Shown here piece by piece: positions 1-9,423 of a DNA stretch of 64,000 bases. This stretch comes from Burkholderiales bacterium (GTDB taxonomy: Bacteria; Pseudomonadota; Gammaproteobacteria; Burkholderiales; Ga0077523): the NCBI GenBank assembly GCA_019745565.1, contig JAIESW010000038.1, positions 11,931 to 75,930 on the forward strand, given 5' to 3'. Numbering within the stretch: the stretch's first letter is position 1; each line of letters begins with the position of its first letter. The position numbers were made by a program, and so were the translations under genes. The notes under the pieces are model-generated. The model was given only the letters and a program-made list of their open reading frames with translations, ran no database searches and was not told the origin of the DNA.

Positions 1-1209
1 CAGGTGGCCGGTTGGTTCGTCCTGGCCGTGGTGGCAGTCGCTCTCGCGACGCTGTTCGCCTGGGGGCTGTTCGGTCCCGAACCGCGCTGGGTCTACGGCT
101 TCATCAACGCGGTGGCCGTGTTGATCATCGCCTGTCCCTGCGCCCTCGGCCTGGCGACGCCGATGTCCATCATGGTGGCGACCGGCCGTGGTGCGACGAA
201 GGGGATCCTGTTCCGGGATGCCGCAGCCATCGAGCATTTCAGGAAGGTGGACACGCTGATCGTCGACAAGACCGGCACGCTCACCGAAGGAAAACCCCGC
301 TTCGACCGGATCGTCCCCGCTCCCGGGGTTGATCCCGATGAAGTGCTGCGCCTGGCTGCCAGCCTGAACCAGGGCAGCGAGCATCCGCTCGCGGATGCGA
401 TCGTGCGCGCCGCGCGCGAACGGAACCTCGCTCTCGCCGCAACGACGGACTTCGAATCGAGCAGCGGCATCGGTGTCCGGGGTGTGGTGGAAGGGCACGC
501 CCTGGCCCTGGGCAATACCGCCCTGATGCAGCAGGTCGGCGTGACCGTCGATTCGCTGCGCCCGCAGGCCGAGGTGCTGCGCAGCGAAGGCGCAAGCATC
601 ATGCATCTGGCGGCTGACGGTCGGCTGCTGGGGTTGCTGGCCGTTTCGGATCCCCTGAAGGCGAGTACACCGGAGGCGCTCGCGGCGCTTCAGCGCGACG
701 GCCTCCGCGTCGTGATGGCCACCGGTGACGGCCTGACGACCGCTCGCGCCGTAGCTTCGCGATTGGGCATCGACGAAGTCCATGGCGAAGTGAAGCCCGC
801 AGACAAACTGGCGCTGGTGCGGAAACTGCAGGACGAAGGTCGTATCGTGGCCATGGCCGGGGACGGCATCAACGATGCACCGGCGCTGGCCCAGGCGGAC
901 GTGGGCGTCGCCATGGGAACCGGCACCGACGTGGCCATGAACAGCGCACCCGTGACGCTGGTGAAAGGGGATCTGCGCGGCATCGCGCAAGCGCGTCTGC
1001 TGTCGGTGGCCACCATTGCCAACATGAAGCAGAACCTCGTGTTTGCCTTCGCCTACAACGTCCTCGGCGTGCCGCTGGCGGCAGGCTTGCTGTATCCGCT
1101 GACGGGTTGGCTGCTCTCGCCGATGATCGCGGCGCTGGCCATGAGCCTGAGTTCCGTTTCGGTCGTCGGCAATGCACTCAGGTTGCGACGAACGACCTTG
1201 GCGGGGTGA
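1..1209 (+). CDS. copA: Cu(I)-translocating P1B-type ATPase, 5'-truncated by window edge
   Basis: CPC in TM6, DKTGT phosphorylation motif, [19 protein letters not shown] in TM7 and MSLSS in TM8 (P1B-1 signature); ORF 4..1209 open to the left edge. Confidence 0.9.
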   Translation, partial: QVAGWFVLAVVAVALATLFAWGLFGPEPRWVYGFINAVAVLIIACPCALGLATPMSIMVATGRGATKGILFRDAAAIEHFRKVDTLIVDKTGTLTEGKPRFDRIVPAPGVDPDEVLRLAASLNQGSEHPLADAIVRAARERNLALAATTDFESSSGIGVRGVVEGHALALGNTALMQQVGVTVDSLRPQAEVLRSEGASIMHLAADGRLLGLLAVSDPLKASTPEALAALQRDGLRVVMATGDGLTTARAVASRLGIDEVHGEVKPADKLALVRKLQDEGRIVAMAGDGINDAPALAQADVGVAMGTGTDVAMNSAPVTLVKGDLRGIAQARLLSVATIANMKQNLVFAFAYNVLGVPLAAGLLYPLTGWLLSPMIAALAMSLSSVSVVGNALRLRRTTLAG

Positions 1210-1351
1210 CGACGTATAGCGCCAACGTCCGCATCTTCGACCGTGCGGCTTGCGGAGTACTCTCACACACGGTGCATTCGGCTGGACGAATTCAGCCCCT
1301 CGACCTCGATCCCGGGTTCATGCATGCTTGCCCGTCCATCGAGGCAGAACC

Positions 1352-2407
1352 ATGAACGCCACCTCCAAACCCGTCCGCCTGTCGGTACTGGACCAGTCGC
1401 CGATCATCCATGGCCACACGCCGGCGCAGGCCGTGCAGCACACCGTGGAACTGGCACGCGAGGTCGAGGCGCTGGGCTTCCACCGCATGTGGCTCGCCGA
1501 GCATCACGGCATGCGCGGTCTTGCCGATCCGTGTCCCGAGATCCTGCTCACGCGGGTCGCGGCGGCCACGGAGCGCATGCGCGTCGGCACCGGCGGCGTG
1601 ATGCTCCCCTACTACAGCGCACTCAAGGTGGCAGAACAGTTCCGCATGCTCGAAGCGCTGTTTCCGGGGCGCATCGACCTGGGCATGGGGCGGGCTCCGG
1701 GGTCGGACATGGTGACGTCCCAAGCCTTGTTCCAGGGCGCGTTCTACGACATCAACCAGTTCCCGGTGCACGTGCAGGAAACCGTCGCCTTCCTCGACGA
1801 CGCGTTGCCCGGCGATCACCCCTACGCACGCGTGAAGGCGATGCCCGCCGGCAACACCTCGCCGGAGGTGTGGTTGCTGGGTTCGTCCGACTACGGTGCC
1901 ACGCTGGCATCGATGCTCGGGCTGCGCTGCTCGTTCGCGCACTTCATCAACGCTCGCGGTGGTGACGAGGTCATGCGGGCTTACCGACGTGACTATCGCC
2001 CGTCCGTTCGCGAACCTGCGCCGTACTCGATGCTGACGGTGTTCGCGATCTGCGGACGCACGGTAGAGGAAGCCGAGCGCCTCGCGGCGCCGATCGATCT
2101 GCGTCGCCTGCAGATGGCTCGCGGCTTCGACGCCCCGATCGCGACCGTGGAGATGGCGATCAACCAGCCCTACACCGACGCCGACCGGTTGATCATCGAA
2201 CGCGAACGAGCTCGGGCGATCATCGGGACGCCGGATGTGGTGCGCGATCGCATCCTCGCGTTGCAGGCCGCATACGAGGCGGACGAAGTGATGGTGCTGA
2301 CGATCACGGGCGACTACCGGTCGCGGATCGAGTCGTATGCGATGCTGGCGGAAGCTTTCGGATCGAGTCGGATGTCGACCCGGATAGACCGCACGACGAA
2401 GACTTGA
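1352..2407 (+). CDS. LLM-class (luciferase-like) flavin-dependent oxidoreductase
   Basis: LSVLDQSP, WLAEHH, GTGGVMLPYYS, FPGRIDLGMGRAPG motifs; ATG at 1352 after GAGG, within ORF 1250..2407. Confidence 0.9.
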   Translation: MNATSKPVRLSVLDQSPIIHGHTPAQAVQHTVELAREVEALGFHRMWLAEHHGMRGLADPCPEILLTRVAAATERMRVGTGGVMLPYYSALKVAEQFRMLEALFPGRIDLGMGRAPGSDMVTSQALFQGAFYDINQFPVHVQETVAFLDDALPGDHPYARVKAMPAGNTSPEVWLLGSSDYGATLASMLGLRCSFAHFINARGGDEVMRAYRRDYRPSVREPAPYSMLTVFAICGRTVEEAERLAAPIDLRRLQMARGFDAPIATVEMAINQPYTDADRLIIERERARAIIGTPDVVRDRILALQAAYEADEVMVLTITGDYRSRIESYAMLAEAFGSSRMSTRIDRTTKT

Positions 2408-2413
2408 GCCCTG

Positions 2414-2482
2414 AACGCGGCGGGCACGGCGGAAACCCGCAAGGACGCCTTCGATGTTGCCTTACGCCGCGTCCGCCGCGTT
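2414..2482 (+). other. Long intergenic stem-loop in leader of MFS gene (terminator/attenuator candidate)
   Basis: AACGCGGCGGGCACGGCG (2414-2431) pairs with CGCCGCGTCCGCCGCGTT (2465-2482) with one G-U and one mismatch. Confidence 0.45.
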
Positions 2483-2502
2483 GAGTTCCTTTCCTCGAAC
2501 CC

Positions 2503-3717
2503 ATGACCATTGAGCAGAACGAGTTCCGCGAGAGCAGGCTCCTCATCCTCCTCGCCGCCGTCCAGGTCACCCACATCATGGACTTCATGGTCATGATGCC
2601 GCTCGGACCGCAGCTCATGCGCGTCCTGCACGTGACGCCCCACGACTTCGGGCTGCTGGTATCGGCGTACACCTTCGGAGCAGCGGCATCGGGATTCGTC
2701 GCTGCCTTCCACATCGACCGTTTCGACCGCAAGACGGCGCTCCTCGGCATCTACGCGGGCTTCACGATCACGACATTGCTGTGCGCCCTCGCGCCCGGCT
2801 TCTGGACCCTCCTCGCCGCTCGCACGGCGGCAGGCGTGTTCGGCGGCATCGTCGGTGCGGTGGTCTACGCGATCGTCGGCGATCTGGTTCCGGAAGAGCG
2901 CCGCGGTACCGCCATGGGGATCATCTCGGCCGCGTTCTCCCTCTCGGCGATCGCCGGCGTGCCGCTGGGGCTGTTTCTCGCCAACCACTTCGACTGGCGC
3001 GCCCCGTTTGCCCTGCTCACAGCCACGGGGGTGATCCTCTGGCTGTTCTGCTGGCGTGCCCTGCCGCGAGTCGACCGGCACCTCGGCGCCCATCGAGGCG
3101 GGTCCGTCCTCGATCAGTTGCACGCCGTGTTCTCTCAGCGCAATCACCTCAGCGCCTTCGCACTGATCGCGACGCTGATGTTTGCCGGATTTTCGGTGAT
3201 TCCCTTCATCAGCCCGTACGCGGTCGCCAACGTCGGCCTGAAGGAAACCGATCTACCCTATCTCTATCTGGCCGGCGGACTGGCAACGCTGTTCACCTCA
3301 CGCTGGATCGGACGCCTGTCCGATCGCCACGGCAAGAGGCGTGTCTTCCGCGTGGTGGCCACCATCTCCATCGTGCCGCTGCTCATCACGACCAACCTGC
3401 CGCCGGTACCCGTGCCGGTGGCGATTGCGGCAAGTGTGATCTTCATGGTGTTCGTGTCCGGCCGTTTCGTGCCGGTGATGGCGCTCGTGACCAGCAGCGT
3501 CACGCCTCGCCTGCGCGGCAGCTTCCTCGCGTTCAACAGCTCGATCCAGCAGCTGTTCGCGGGTCTCGCCGCGTATTCGGCCGGACTCATCATGGGGCGC
3601 GCGCCCGACGGACGGATCACGTACTACTGGGCAGTGGGGCTGCTGGCGGTGACGGCGACGATCGTGTGCATCTGGCTGGCGGGTCGGGTACGACCGGCAG
3701 CTTCGCCCCCACCCTAA
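2503..3717 (+). CDS. MFS transporter (DHA1/efflux-like)
   Basis: About 12 hydrophobic segments; motif A-like IDRFDRK and GRLSDRHGKRRV; PEERRGTAMG. Confidence 0.9.
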   Translation: MTIEQNEFRESRLLILLAAVQVTHIMDFMVMMPLGPQLMRVLHVTPHDFGLLVSAYTFGAAASGFVAAFHIDRFDRKTALLGIYAGFTITTLLCALAPGFWTLLAARTAAGVFGGIVGAVVYAIVGDLVPEERRGTAMGIISAAFSLSAIAGVPLGLFLANHFDWRAPFALLTATGVILWLFCWRALPRVDRHLGAHRGGSVLDQLHAVFSQRNHLSAFALIATLMFAGFSVIPFISPYAVANVGLKETDLPYLYLAGGLATLFTSRWIGRLSDRHGKRRVFRVVATISIVPLLITTNLPPVPVPVAIAASVIFMVFVSGRFVPVMALVTSSVTPRLRGSFLAFNSSIQQLFAGLAAYSAGLIMGRAPDGRITYYWAVGLLAVTATIVCIWLAGRVRPAASPPP

Positions 3718-3756
3718 CCCGCCCCCAGCAAGCTGTGGGAAGGTTGGGATGGGCGC
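3706..3756. repeat. REP-like palindromic repeat, family A (CCCCATCCCAACCTTCCCC...GGGAAGG), degenerate copy
   Basis: CCCCCACCCTAACCC...GGGAAGGTTGGGATGGG between convergent genes; related copies at ~39139-39223 and ~54855-54945. Confidence 0.6.
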
Positions 3757-3780
3757 ATCGGAACGAGGGTGGGGGGGCCG

Positions 3781-4875
3781 CTACTCCTTCACCCGCCTGA
3801 ACTTCTGGATGCGCTTCCCCGTGTCCACCTCGCCCGTATAGATGTTCCCCTGCGAGTCGACGGCCATGGTGTGGACCCAGTGGAACTGGCCCGGCTGGCG
3901 ACCGCCGCGACCGAAGCTGCCAAGACGCGTGCCGTCCTCGCGCAGCAGGATGTGGATCTCGTTGTTGGTTCCGTCCGCCACGTACAGATACTTCTGTTCC
4001 GGATCCTCCGAGAAGCCGATGTCCCACACCGAGCCGACGAAGCGCGACTGCGGCTCCAGCAGCACTTCGGTCACGAACGTCCCGTCCTTCTTGAACACCT
4101 GATAGCGATCGTTGACCCGGTCGCACACGTACAGCAGTCCATCGTTGGCGATGCGCACGCAATGCACCGGCGTGCGGAACTGCTTCGCCACCGGCGCACC
4201 CGGATCGTAGGCACCGGCATCGGTGTCGTCGGGCTTCTCGCCGTAGGCACCCCAATGGCGCTTGTACGCACCGCTCGCGGCGTCGAACACGATCACGCGT
4301 CGGTTCTTGTAGCCGTCAGCCACGTAGAGTTCTCCCGCTGAAGCATCCAGGATCGGCAACGCAGGTCGGCCCAGCAGGTCTGTTGCATTGCTGTCGCCGG
4401 TCTGTCCCGCCTTCCCGATCTGCATCAGGAAGCTGCCCTCGCGCGTGAACTTGAGCACCTGGTGATCGGACTTGCCGTTGCCGGCAAGCCACACGTTGCC
4501 GTCGGCGTCCACGCTGATGCCGTGTTCGTTCTCCGGCCAGTCGTAGCCGCTGCCGGTACCGCCCCACGAGCCCACCAGGTTGCCTTCGGCGTCGAACTCG
4601 AGCACGGGCGGCGCCGGTGAACAACACTTCGCCGTCGGCGGATAGACCACCGCGCCGCGCTCGTCGTCGGTCAGCGTACGCGGCCGCTGGTAGACCCACA
4701 CATGATCGTCCGGACCCACGGCAATGCCGCCGATCTGGCCCAGGATCCAGTTGTCCGGCAGCGGTTTCGGCCAATCCGGGTCCATGACGAACCGCGGCAC
4801 CTCATCTGCGCTCGCGAGGCCGCATGCGCTCAATGCGATCGCCGCCAGCCACATCCTTCGAGCGGTCGTGATCAT
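3781..4875 (-). CDS. Secreted NHL-repeat beta-propeller (peptidyl-alpha-hydroxyglycine amidating lyase-like)
   Basis: Signal peptide MITTARRMWLAAIALSACGLASA; DPDWPKPLP, EHGI, YVADGY, PVHCV, YVCDR, WVHTMAVD NHL repeats; AAGGGAGAGGA SD before ATG 4875. Confidence 0.85.
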   Translation of the reverse strand: MITTARRMWLAAIALSACGLASADEVPRFVMDPDWPKPLPDNWILGQIGGIAVGPDDHVWVYQRPRTLTDDERGAVVYPPTAKCCSPAPPVLEFDAEGNLVGSWGGTGSGYDWPENEHGISVDADGNVWLAGNGKSDHQVLKFTREGSFLMQIGKAGQTGDSNATDLLGRPALPILDASAGELYVADGYKNRRVIVFDAASGAYKRHWGAYGEKPDDTDAGAYDPGAPVAKQFRTPVHCVRIANDGLLYVCDRVNDRYQVFKKDGTFVTEVLLEPQSRFVGSVWDIGFSEDPEQKYLYVADGTNNEIHILLREDGTRLGSFGRGGRQPGQFHWVHTMAVDSQGNIYTGEVDTGKRIQKFRRVKE

Positions 4876-4919
4876 GTCCTCTCCCTTCGTCAAGCGGCAC
4901 CATCCGGTGCCGCAGGTCG

Positions 4920-5327
4920 CTATTGCGACTCGGCTTCCTTCTTCTTCTGCTCGCCGCGCAGATATGCAACCACCGCCAGCACCTCTTCCTTCGACAACAC
5001 ACCGCCGAACGCGCCCATCGCCGTGCCTTCGACACCGTTGGTGATGTTGGCCGCGATCTGCGAATCCTTGCCGCCGCGCTTGAACTTGCCGCAGATCAGA
5101 CAGGGCGCGCGCCCGCCCTTGCCGCCGCTCCCGTGGCAGAACCCGCCGCACTTCTCGCCGAAGCGCGTCTTGCCGAGGGCGATGGATGCCTCGTCGGTGG
5201 GCAGCGCGATGTCGTTCACCGCTTCCGCGCCCTCCTCGGCTGCGTGCAGTCCGAGGGCCGCACCGCCCAGCCCGACCGCGATCATCCCCGCAGCCAAGCC
5301 CACCATCACTCTCGATCCGCGCTTCAT
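4920..5327 (-). CDS. Periplasmic/membrane-anchored class I c-type cytochrome with atypical CX3CH (CGGFCH) motif
   Basis: N-terminal hydrophobic segment; CGGFCHG, GGRAPCL, ITNGVEGTAMGAF (distal Met), LSKEEVLAVVAYL cytochrome c fold pattern. Confidence 0.8.
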   Translation of the reverse strand: MKRGSRVMVGLAAGMIAVGLGGAALGLHAAEEGAEAVNDIALPTDEASIALGKTRFGEKCGGFCHGSGGKGGRAPCLICGKFKRGGKDSQIAANITNGVEGTAMGAFGGVLSKEEVLAVVAYLRGEQKKKEAESQ

Positions 5328-5366
5328 CGGTGATCTCCCCGGTCGGTGTTCGATGCCGCGTTCAAT

Positions 5367-6416
5367 CTAGCACAACGTCACCCGCACCGGACCCGGCGTG
5401 ACTTCGCCGATGACGGCAGCGTGGTCAAACCCTTCGGATCGGAACAAGTCCAGCACATCGGCCGTGACTTCGGGAGCACATGCCACCAGCAGTCCGCCGC
5501 TCGTCTGCGGATCGGTGAACAACGCCTGCACGTCGCCGCCGAAGCCGCCGAGATCGACGCTCTCGCCGTAGCCGGCCCAGTTGCGTGCCGACGCACCGGT
5601 CTTGATGCCGCGCGCCACCAGCGCATCGACGCCCGCCAACACCGGTACGTCGCCGCGTCGCACACGCGCTGCCACACCGGATCCGCGACACACTTCCAGG
5701 AGGTGACCGAGCAGACCGAACCCGGTCACGTCGGTGAGTGCGTGAACCTGCTCGAGCTGCGCGAGCCTGGCACCCGGCGTGTTGAGCTTCGTCGTGCTCG
5801 CGAGCATGGTCGCGTAGCCTGCCGCATCGAGTTCACCCTTCTTGAGCGCTGCGCTCTGGATGCCGACGCCGAGCGGCTTGCCGAGGATCAACGCGTCGCC
5901 CGGTCTCGCACCCGCGTTGCGCTTGATACGAGCAGGATGCACGAGCCCGATCACCACCAGGCCGTAGATCGGCTCCACCGAGTCGATGCTGTGACCGCCG
6001 GCGACCGGGATGCCCGCGGCCGCGCACACGGCCTCGCCGCCGCTCAGGATGCCGCGGATGGTCTCCATGGGCAGTTGGTTGATCGGCATGCCCACCAGCG
6101 CGAGCGCGAAGAGCGGTGTGCCGCCCATCGCATAGACATCGGAGATGGCGTTGGTCGCCGCGATGCGTCCGAAATCGAACGGATCGTCGACGATGGGCAT
6201 GAAGAAATCCGTGGTCGCGACGATCGCCTGCTCGTCGTTGAGGCGGTACACGGCGGCGTCGTCGGAGGTCTCGATGCCCACCAGCAACTGCTTCGGCAGA
6301 ATGACCGCATTGCTCTGCGCCAGCATGTCGCGCAGCACGCCGGGAGCGATCTTGCAGCCGCAACCGCCGCCGTGGCTGAACTGGGTGAGGCGGACCTTGG
6401 TTTCGGGGGCATTCAT
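5367..6416 (-). CDS. selD: Selenide, water dikinase (selenophosphate synthetase), Cys form
   Basis: RLTQFSHGGGCGCKI, DDAAVY, TTDFFMPIVDDP, GGHSID, TDVTGFGLLGHL, DPQTSGGLL; ATG at 6416. Confidence 0.95.
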   Translation of the reverse strand: MNAPETKVRLTQFSHGGGCGCKIAPGVLRDMLAQSNAVILPKQLLVGIETSDDAAVYRLNDEQAIVATTDFFMPIVDDPFDFGRIAATNAISDVYAMGGTPLFALALVGMPINQLPMETIRGILSGGEAVCAAAGIPVAGGHSIDSVEPIYGLVVIGLVHPARIKRNAGARPGDALILGKPLGVGIQSAALKKGELDAAGYATMLASTTKLNTPGARLAQLEQVHALTDVTGFGLLGHLLEVCRGSGVAARVRRGDVPVLAGVDALVARGIKTGASARNWAGYGESVDLGGFGGDVQALFTDPQTSGGLLVACAPEVTADVLDLFRSEGFDHAAVIGEVTPGPVRVTLC

Positions 6417-7504
6417 GGTCGTCGGGGAAGCTTCGCGTGATGCTCGGTCATGAGGTCGAGGCAGGTGCCATCTTGCAATTGTCCCGCGACGGCACAAGGC
6501 ACGCCAGTCGCGCCGCCAGGCAGCCAGCGGGGCAGCGCGGCATCGCGATGGGCGACCGGCATGGTCGACCGCACCACCTGCTCGATCCACTCCTTGTAGG
6601 CCGCGACGATCATGCCGCCGCCGCCCGTGCCGAAGGTGCTCGCTTTCGTCGGACCATCCGGAAAAGTCCTGATGAAGGTGTTGATGCCGAACAGTGCCCA
6701 GCCGCCCGGGGCATGGATGAACGACGGGCTGCCCGAATCGCCACCCGCAAAGGTCGTCTCGACATCGTTGCCCAGGCCCTCCCCACCCAGGAAGTTGTAG
6801 CCCCCACCGTCGAAGTCGAACATGAACCCCTCGATGCGTCCGGGCACCTGATCATCGGGGATCAGCGCGTCGACGTTGTTCCTCCCCACCCGCTTCACGG
6901 TCGGCGACGACGAAACGGTGACCCCGGTGTCGCCGTGTCCGCTCGCACCATAGCCCACCGCCGTGAACTCCATGCCCTTGCGCAGGCCGCCGGTGACGAT
7001 CGGATGGATCGAAATCTCCGCTGGAGCAGCCTCGGCAAGTTCGAGAATCGCGAGGTCGTCGTTCGGTCGCTTCGGATCGAACCCCTTCCATTCGGGATGA
7101 CGATGGATCGCCTTGACGGCGAGGCGCTGGGCCGCGTCGCCACCCGCGTTCAGCACGAACTCGAGCTTCGCGGGATCGTCGCCGGTCACGTGCGCGGCCG
7201 TGAGGACGTGGTGCCGGGTGATCAGGACGCCTGTGTACGGGTTGCCGTTCTGGACGACGCTGCCGACGCTGGCCCAGGTCGACGCTGCGAAGTTGGGGTC
7301 CACCCGGTTGGAGGGCGAGTCGGGCTCGGCACCGGCCATCACCGCGAGAGCGGCAGTACTCGCCCCCAACATGGCGGCAGCCCCCAGGATCGAAGCCTGG
7401 AGCAGCCGGCGGAGCCGGAACAGCCGGCACCACGCCGGCGGTCGCGAGCGAAAACCGAAGCGGCCCTGCGGGGGCCGCTTCGGCAATTCTGGAACCTGGA
7501 TCAC
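6413..7504 (-). CDS. Secreted trypsin-like (S1) serine protease; start uncertain (7504 or 7372)
   Basis: Catalytic triad motifs LTAAH, DDLAIL, GGDSGSP; VGYG; hydrophobic signal-like segment; stop overlaps selD start (ATGA). Confidence 0.8.
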   Translation of the reverse strand: MIQVPELPKRPPQGRFGFRSRPPAWCRLFRLRRLLQASILGAAAMLGASTAALAVMAGAEPDSPSNRVDPNFAASTWASVGSVVQNGNPYTGVLITRHHVLTAAHVTGDDPAKLEFVLNAGGDAAQRLAVKAIHRHPEWKGFDPKRPNDDLAILELAEAAPAEISIHPIVTGGLRKGMEFTAVGYGASGHGDTGVTVSSSPTVKRVGRNNVDALIPDDQVPGRIEGFMFDFDGGGYNFLGGEGLGNDVETTFAGGDSGSPSFIHAPGGWALFGINTFIRTFPDGPTKASTFGTGGGGMIVAAYKEWIEQVVRSTMPVAHRDAALPRWLPGGATGVPCAVAGQLQDGTCLDLMTEHHAKLPRRP

Positions 7505-7549
7505 CCGCCGACTATATACGCCGGTCGGCGGCGAGATTCACTACCGCCT

Positions 7550-8179
7550 CTAGCGGGCGCGCCCGAAGACCGCGGTCAGGACGCCCTCGGCCATCGCGAG
7601 AGACGCCTGCTCGCACTCTTCGTGGAACAGGATCTCGAGGGTCGAGTGGGTGCCGCGCAGACCTTCGACGATGGTCGTGGCATCGGTGCGGATGGCCGCC
7701 TCGATGTCGGGTGTGGCGTCGTTCGACAGCAGAGCCAGATCGCGGATGCGCTGGATCTGGACCGCCAGGCGCACGAGCTTGGCGCGCTGGCTCAGGTTGT
7801 GGACGGAAGGACCGCCACGGGGCATGGATTCTTCCTGCGACAGCTCGGCGACCACGGCAGCCACCACCGGGCCGAACTGGCGGCGCAGCTCGATGTGCGC
7901 CATGCGCGCATCGAAACCGATGTCGTGCAGGACGGCCGACGCGAGCGTGATGTCGTCGGTGATGCCACCCTCGTTGCAGAGGATGTGCGCGAGCTGCACT
8001 GCGTGCTCGACGCAGGAGGGGCTCGTGCCTCCGCGACTGCGGAAGCGCCGTTCGGAGGCGACCGTCAGCGCTTCGATGAAAAGAACGTACTGTTGTTGGC
8101 GGGCGCTACCGATCCGTTTGGTAGCAAAAGCAGGAGTGCCTGCACGATGCCCCGATTCCGGGAAGTTTCTCTGGAACAT
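7550..8179 (-). CDS. HD-domain protein of Mesh1/SpoT-hydrolase fold, catalytic motifs degenerate
   Basis: VEHAVQLAHILCNEGGITD..LASAVLHD..FG..VAAVVAEL..AKLVRLA matches Mesh1 spacing. Confidence 0.7.
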   Translation of the reverse strand: MFQRNFPESGHRAGTPAFATKRIGSARQQQYVLFIEALTVASERRFRSRGGTSPSCVEHAVQLAHILCNEGGITDDITLASAVLHDIGFDARMAHIELRRQFGPVVAAVVAELSQEESMPRGGPSVHNLSQRAKLVRLAVQIQRIRDLALLSNDATPDIEAAIRTDATTIVEGLRGTHSTLEILFHEECEQASLAMAEGVLTAVFGRAR

Positions 8180-8456
8180 GGTTCGTTTCGATCCGCTGCT
8201 TGGCTTGTTGTGAACTCTCGCGGCCAACGCCAAAACGGGTGGCGGAAAGCACGAGAGACAGGTCCCCTCCCCGACATCTCATGGGGCGAACGGCGTTCGC
8301 GGTGTCGAAGGCTGGTGCGGCCACAACAGCAGGAATCGCGCCGACGCCCAGAACCACCGTCGGCTCAGACTGTTGCAGCTGAGCGACAGTATGGACCAAA
8401 GGTATGTGTAAAAAAAGCCAACACCGGAAGCCACCTGCAACCGACCCCGGACCGGG

Positions 8457-9335
8457 TCAGGTCGTGCCCCGGGCCGCCGCGATGCGCTCGGCGATGGCGA
8501 GCACCCGGTAGTAAGACCGCACCACGGGCAGTTCGATCAGTTCGCTGTCCACCACCACGAGCCCGCTCGTACTCTCCTCGAAGGCCTGGCAGACCTTGCG
8601 TGCCTTCGCCACCGTCGCCTCCGACGGCGAGAACGCTGCGTGGATCGCCGCGAGCTGATTCGGATGGATGGACGCCTTGCCCGTGAAGCCGAGTTGCGCG
8701 CAGGCGTTGGCTTCGTGCGCGAGCCCTTCGGGATCGTCGAGATTGAGGAACGGCACGTCGAGCAGGTCGATGCCCGCGCTCGCTGCCGCGTGCACGAGGC
8801 GCGAACGCGCATACAGCAGCGGCTCCCACGCTTTGACGCAACGCAGGTCCGCGGACATGTCTACGGCGCCGAGGATCATCGAATCGATGCGCGGGCTGGC
8901 CTGCGCAATCTCGATCGCCCGCTCGAGGCCGCGATTGGTCTCGATGATCACGCAGTAGCGGATGGCACGTGCCGGACCGGTCGAGAGGAGCGTGTCGATC
9001 AGCTGGATCTCCTCGGCGCTGCGGATCTTCGGGATCATGATCGACGGCGGCGGTGATTCGCAGTCGATCAGGGCCTGCAGATCCTTCAATCCATGGTACG
9101 TGGAGAGCGCATTGATGCGCACCATGCGCTCGACGTGCGGATGCGAAGACTGGGCGAACAGCGGCAATGTGAGCGTCCGGCCCTCGTCCTTGCGATCGAG
9201 CGCGACCGCGTCCTCCATGTCGATGCAGACGATGTCCGCACCGCTGTCGAGCGCTTTCCAGTAGCGATCGGGGCGCAGCGCCGGGACGAACAGCAGGCTG
9301 CGGCGAGGGCGGACGTGGTCGGTCGATGCAGTCAT
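8457..9335 (-). CDS. CitE/HpcH-family CoA ester lyase (citryl-/malyl-/citramalyl-CoA lyase-like)
   Basis: RRSLLFVPA, DMEDAV, VRIN, IIET, GAVDMSADL, LGFTGKASIHPNQ. Confidence 0.9.
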   Translation of the reverse strand: MTASTDHVRPRRSLLFVPALRPDRYWKALDSGADIVCIDMEDAVALDRKDEGRTLTLPLFAQSSHPHVERMVRINALSTYHGLKDLQALIDCESPPPSIMIPKIRSAEEIQLIDTLLSTGPARAIRYCVIIETNRGLERAIEIAQASPRIDSMILGAVDMSADLRCVKAWEPLLYARSRLVHAAASAGIDLLDVPFLNLDDPEGLAHEANACAQLGFTGKASIHPNQLAAIHAAFSPSEATVAKARKVCQAFEESTSGLVVVDSELIELPVVRSYYRVLAIAERIAAARGTT

Positions 9336-9423
9336 CGCGGGGTTCCTCCGGAAAACCGCGATTGTGTCAGCGCAGACGCCGGTTGGTCATCAAGGCCGGG
9401 AGCACCTTCTCACCATTCGCCCG

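Noticed and set aside
5367-6416. Selenocysteine-containing SelD or UGA read-through in neighbours
   Set aside because: The active-site codons are Cys (GGGCGCK); selD, cytochrome and NHL genes end in TAG; no in-frame TGA extension evident
6437-8686. Long antisense ORFs (also 9364..11322, 32153..34417 upstream part, 51993..54722, 61949..63982, 49043..52027 upstream part)
   Set aside because: Shadow frames typical of high-GC DNA, overlapping well-supported genes and lacking recognisable motifs
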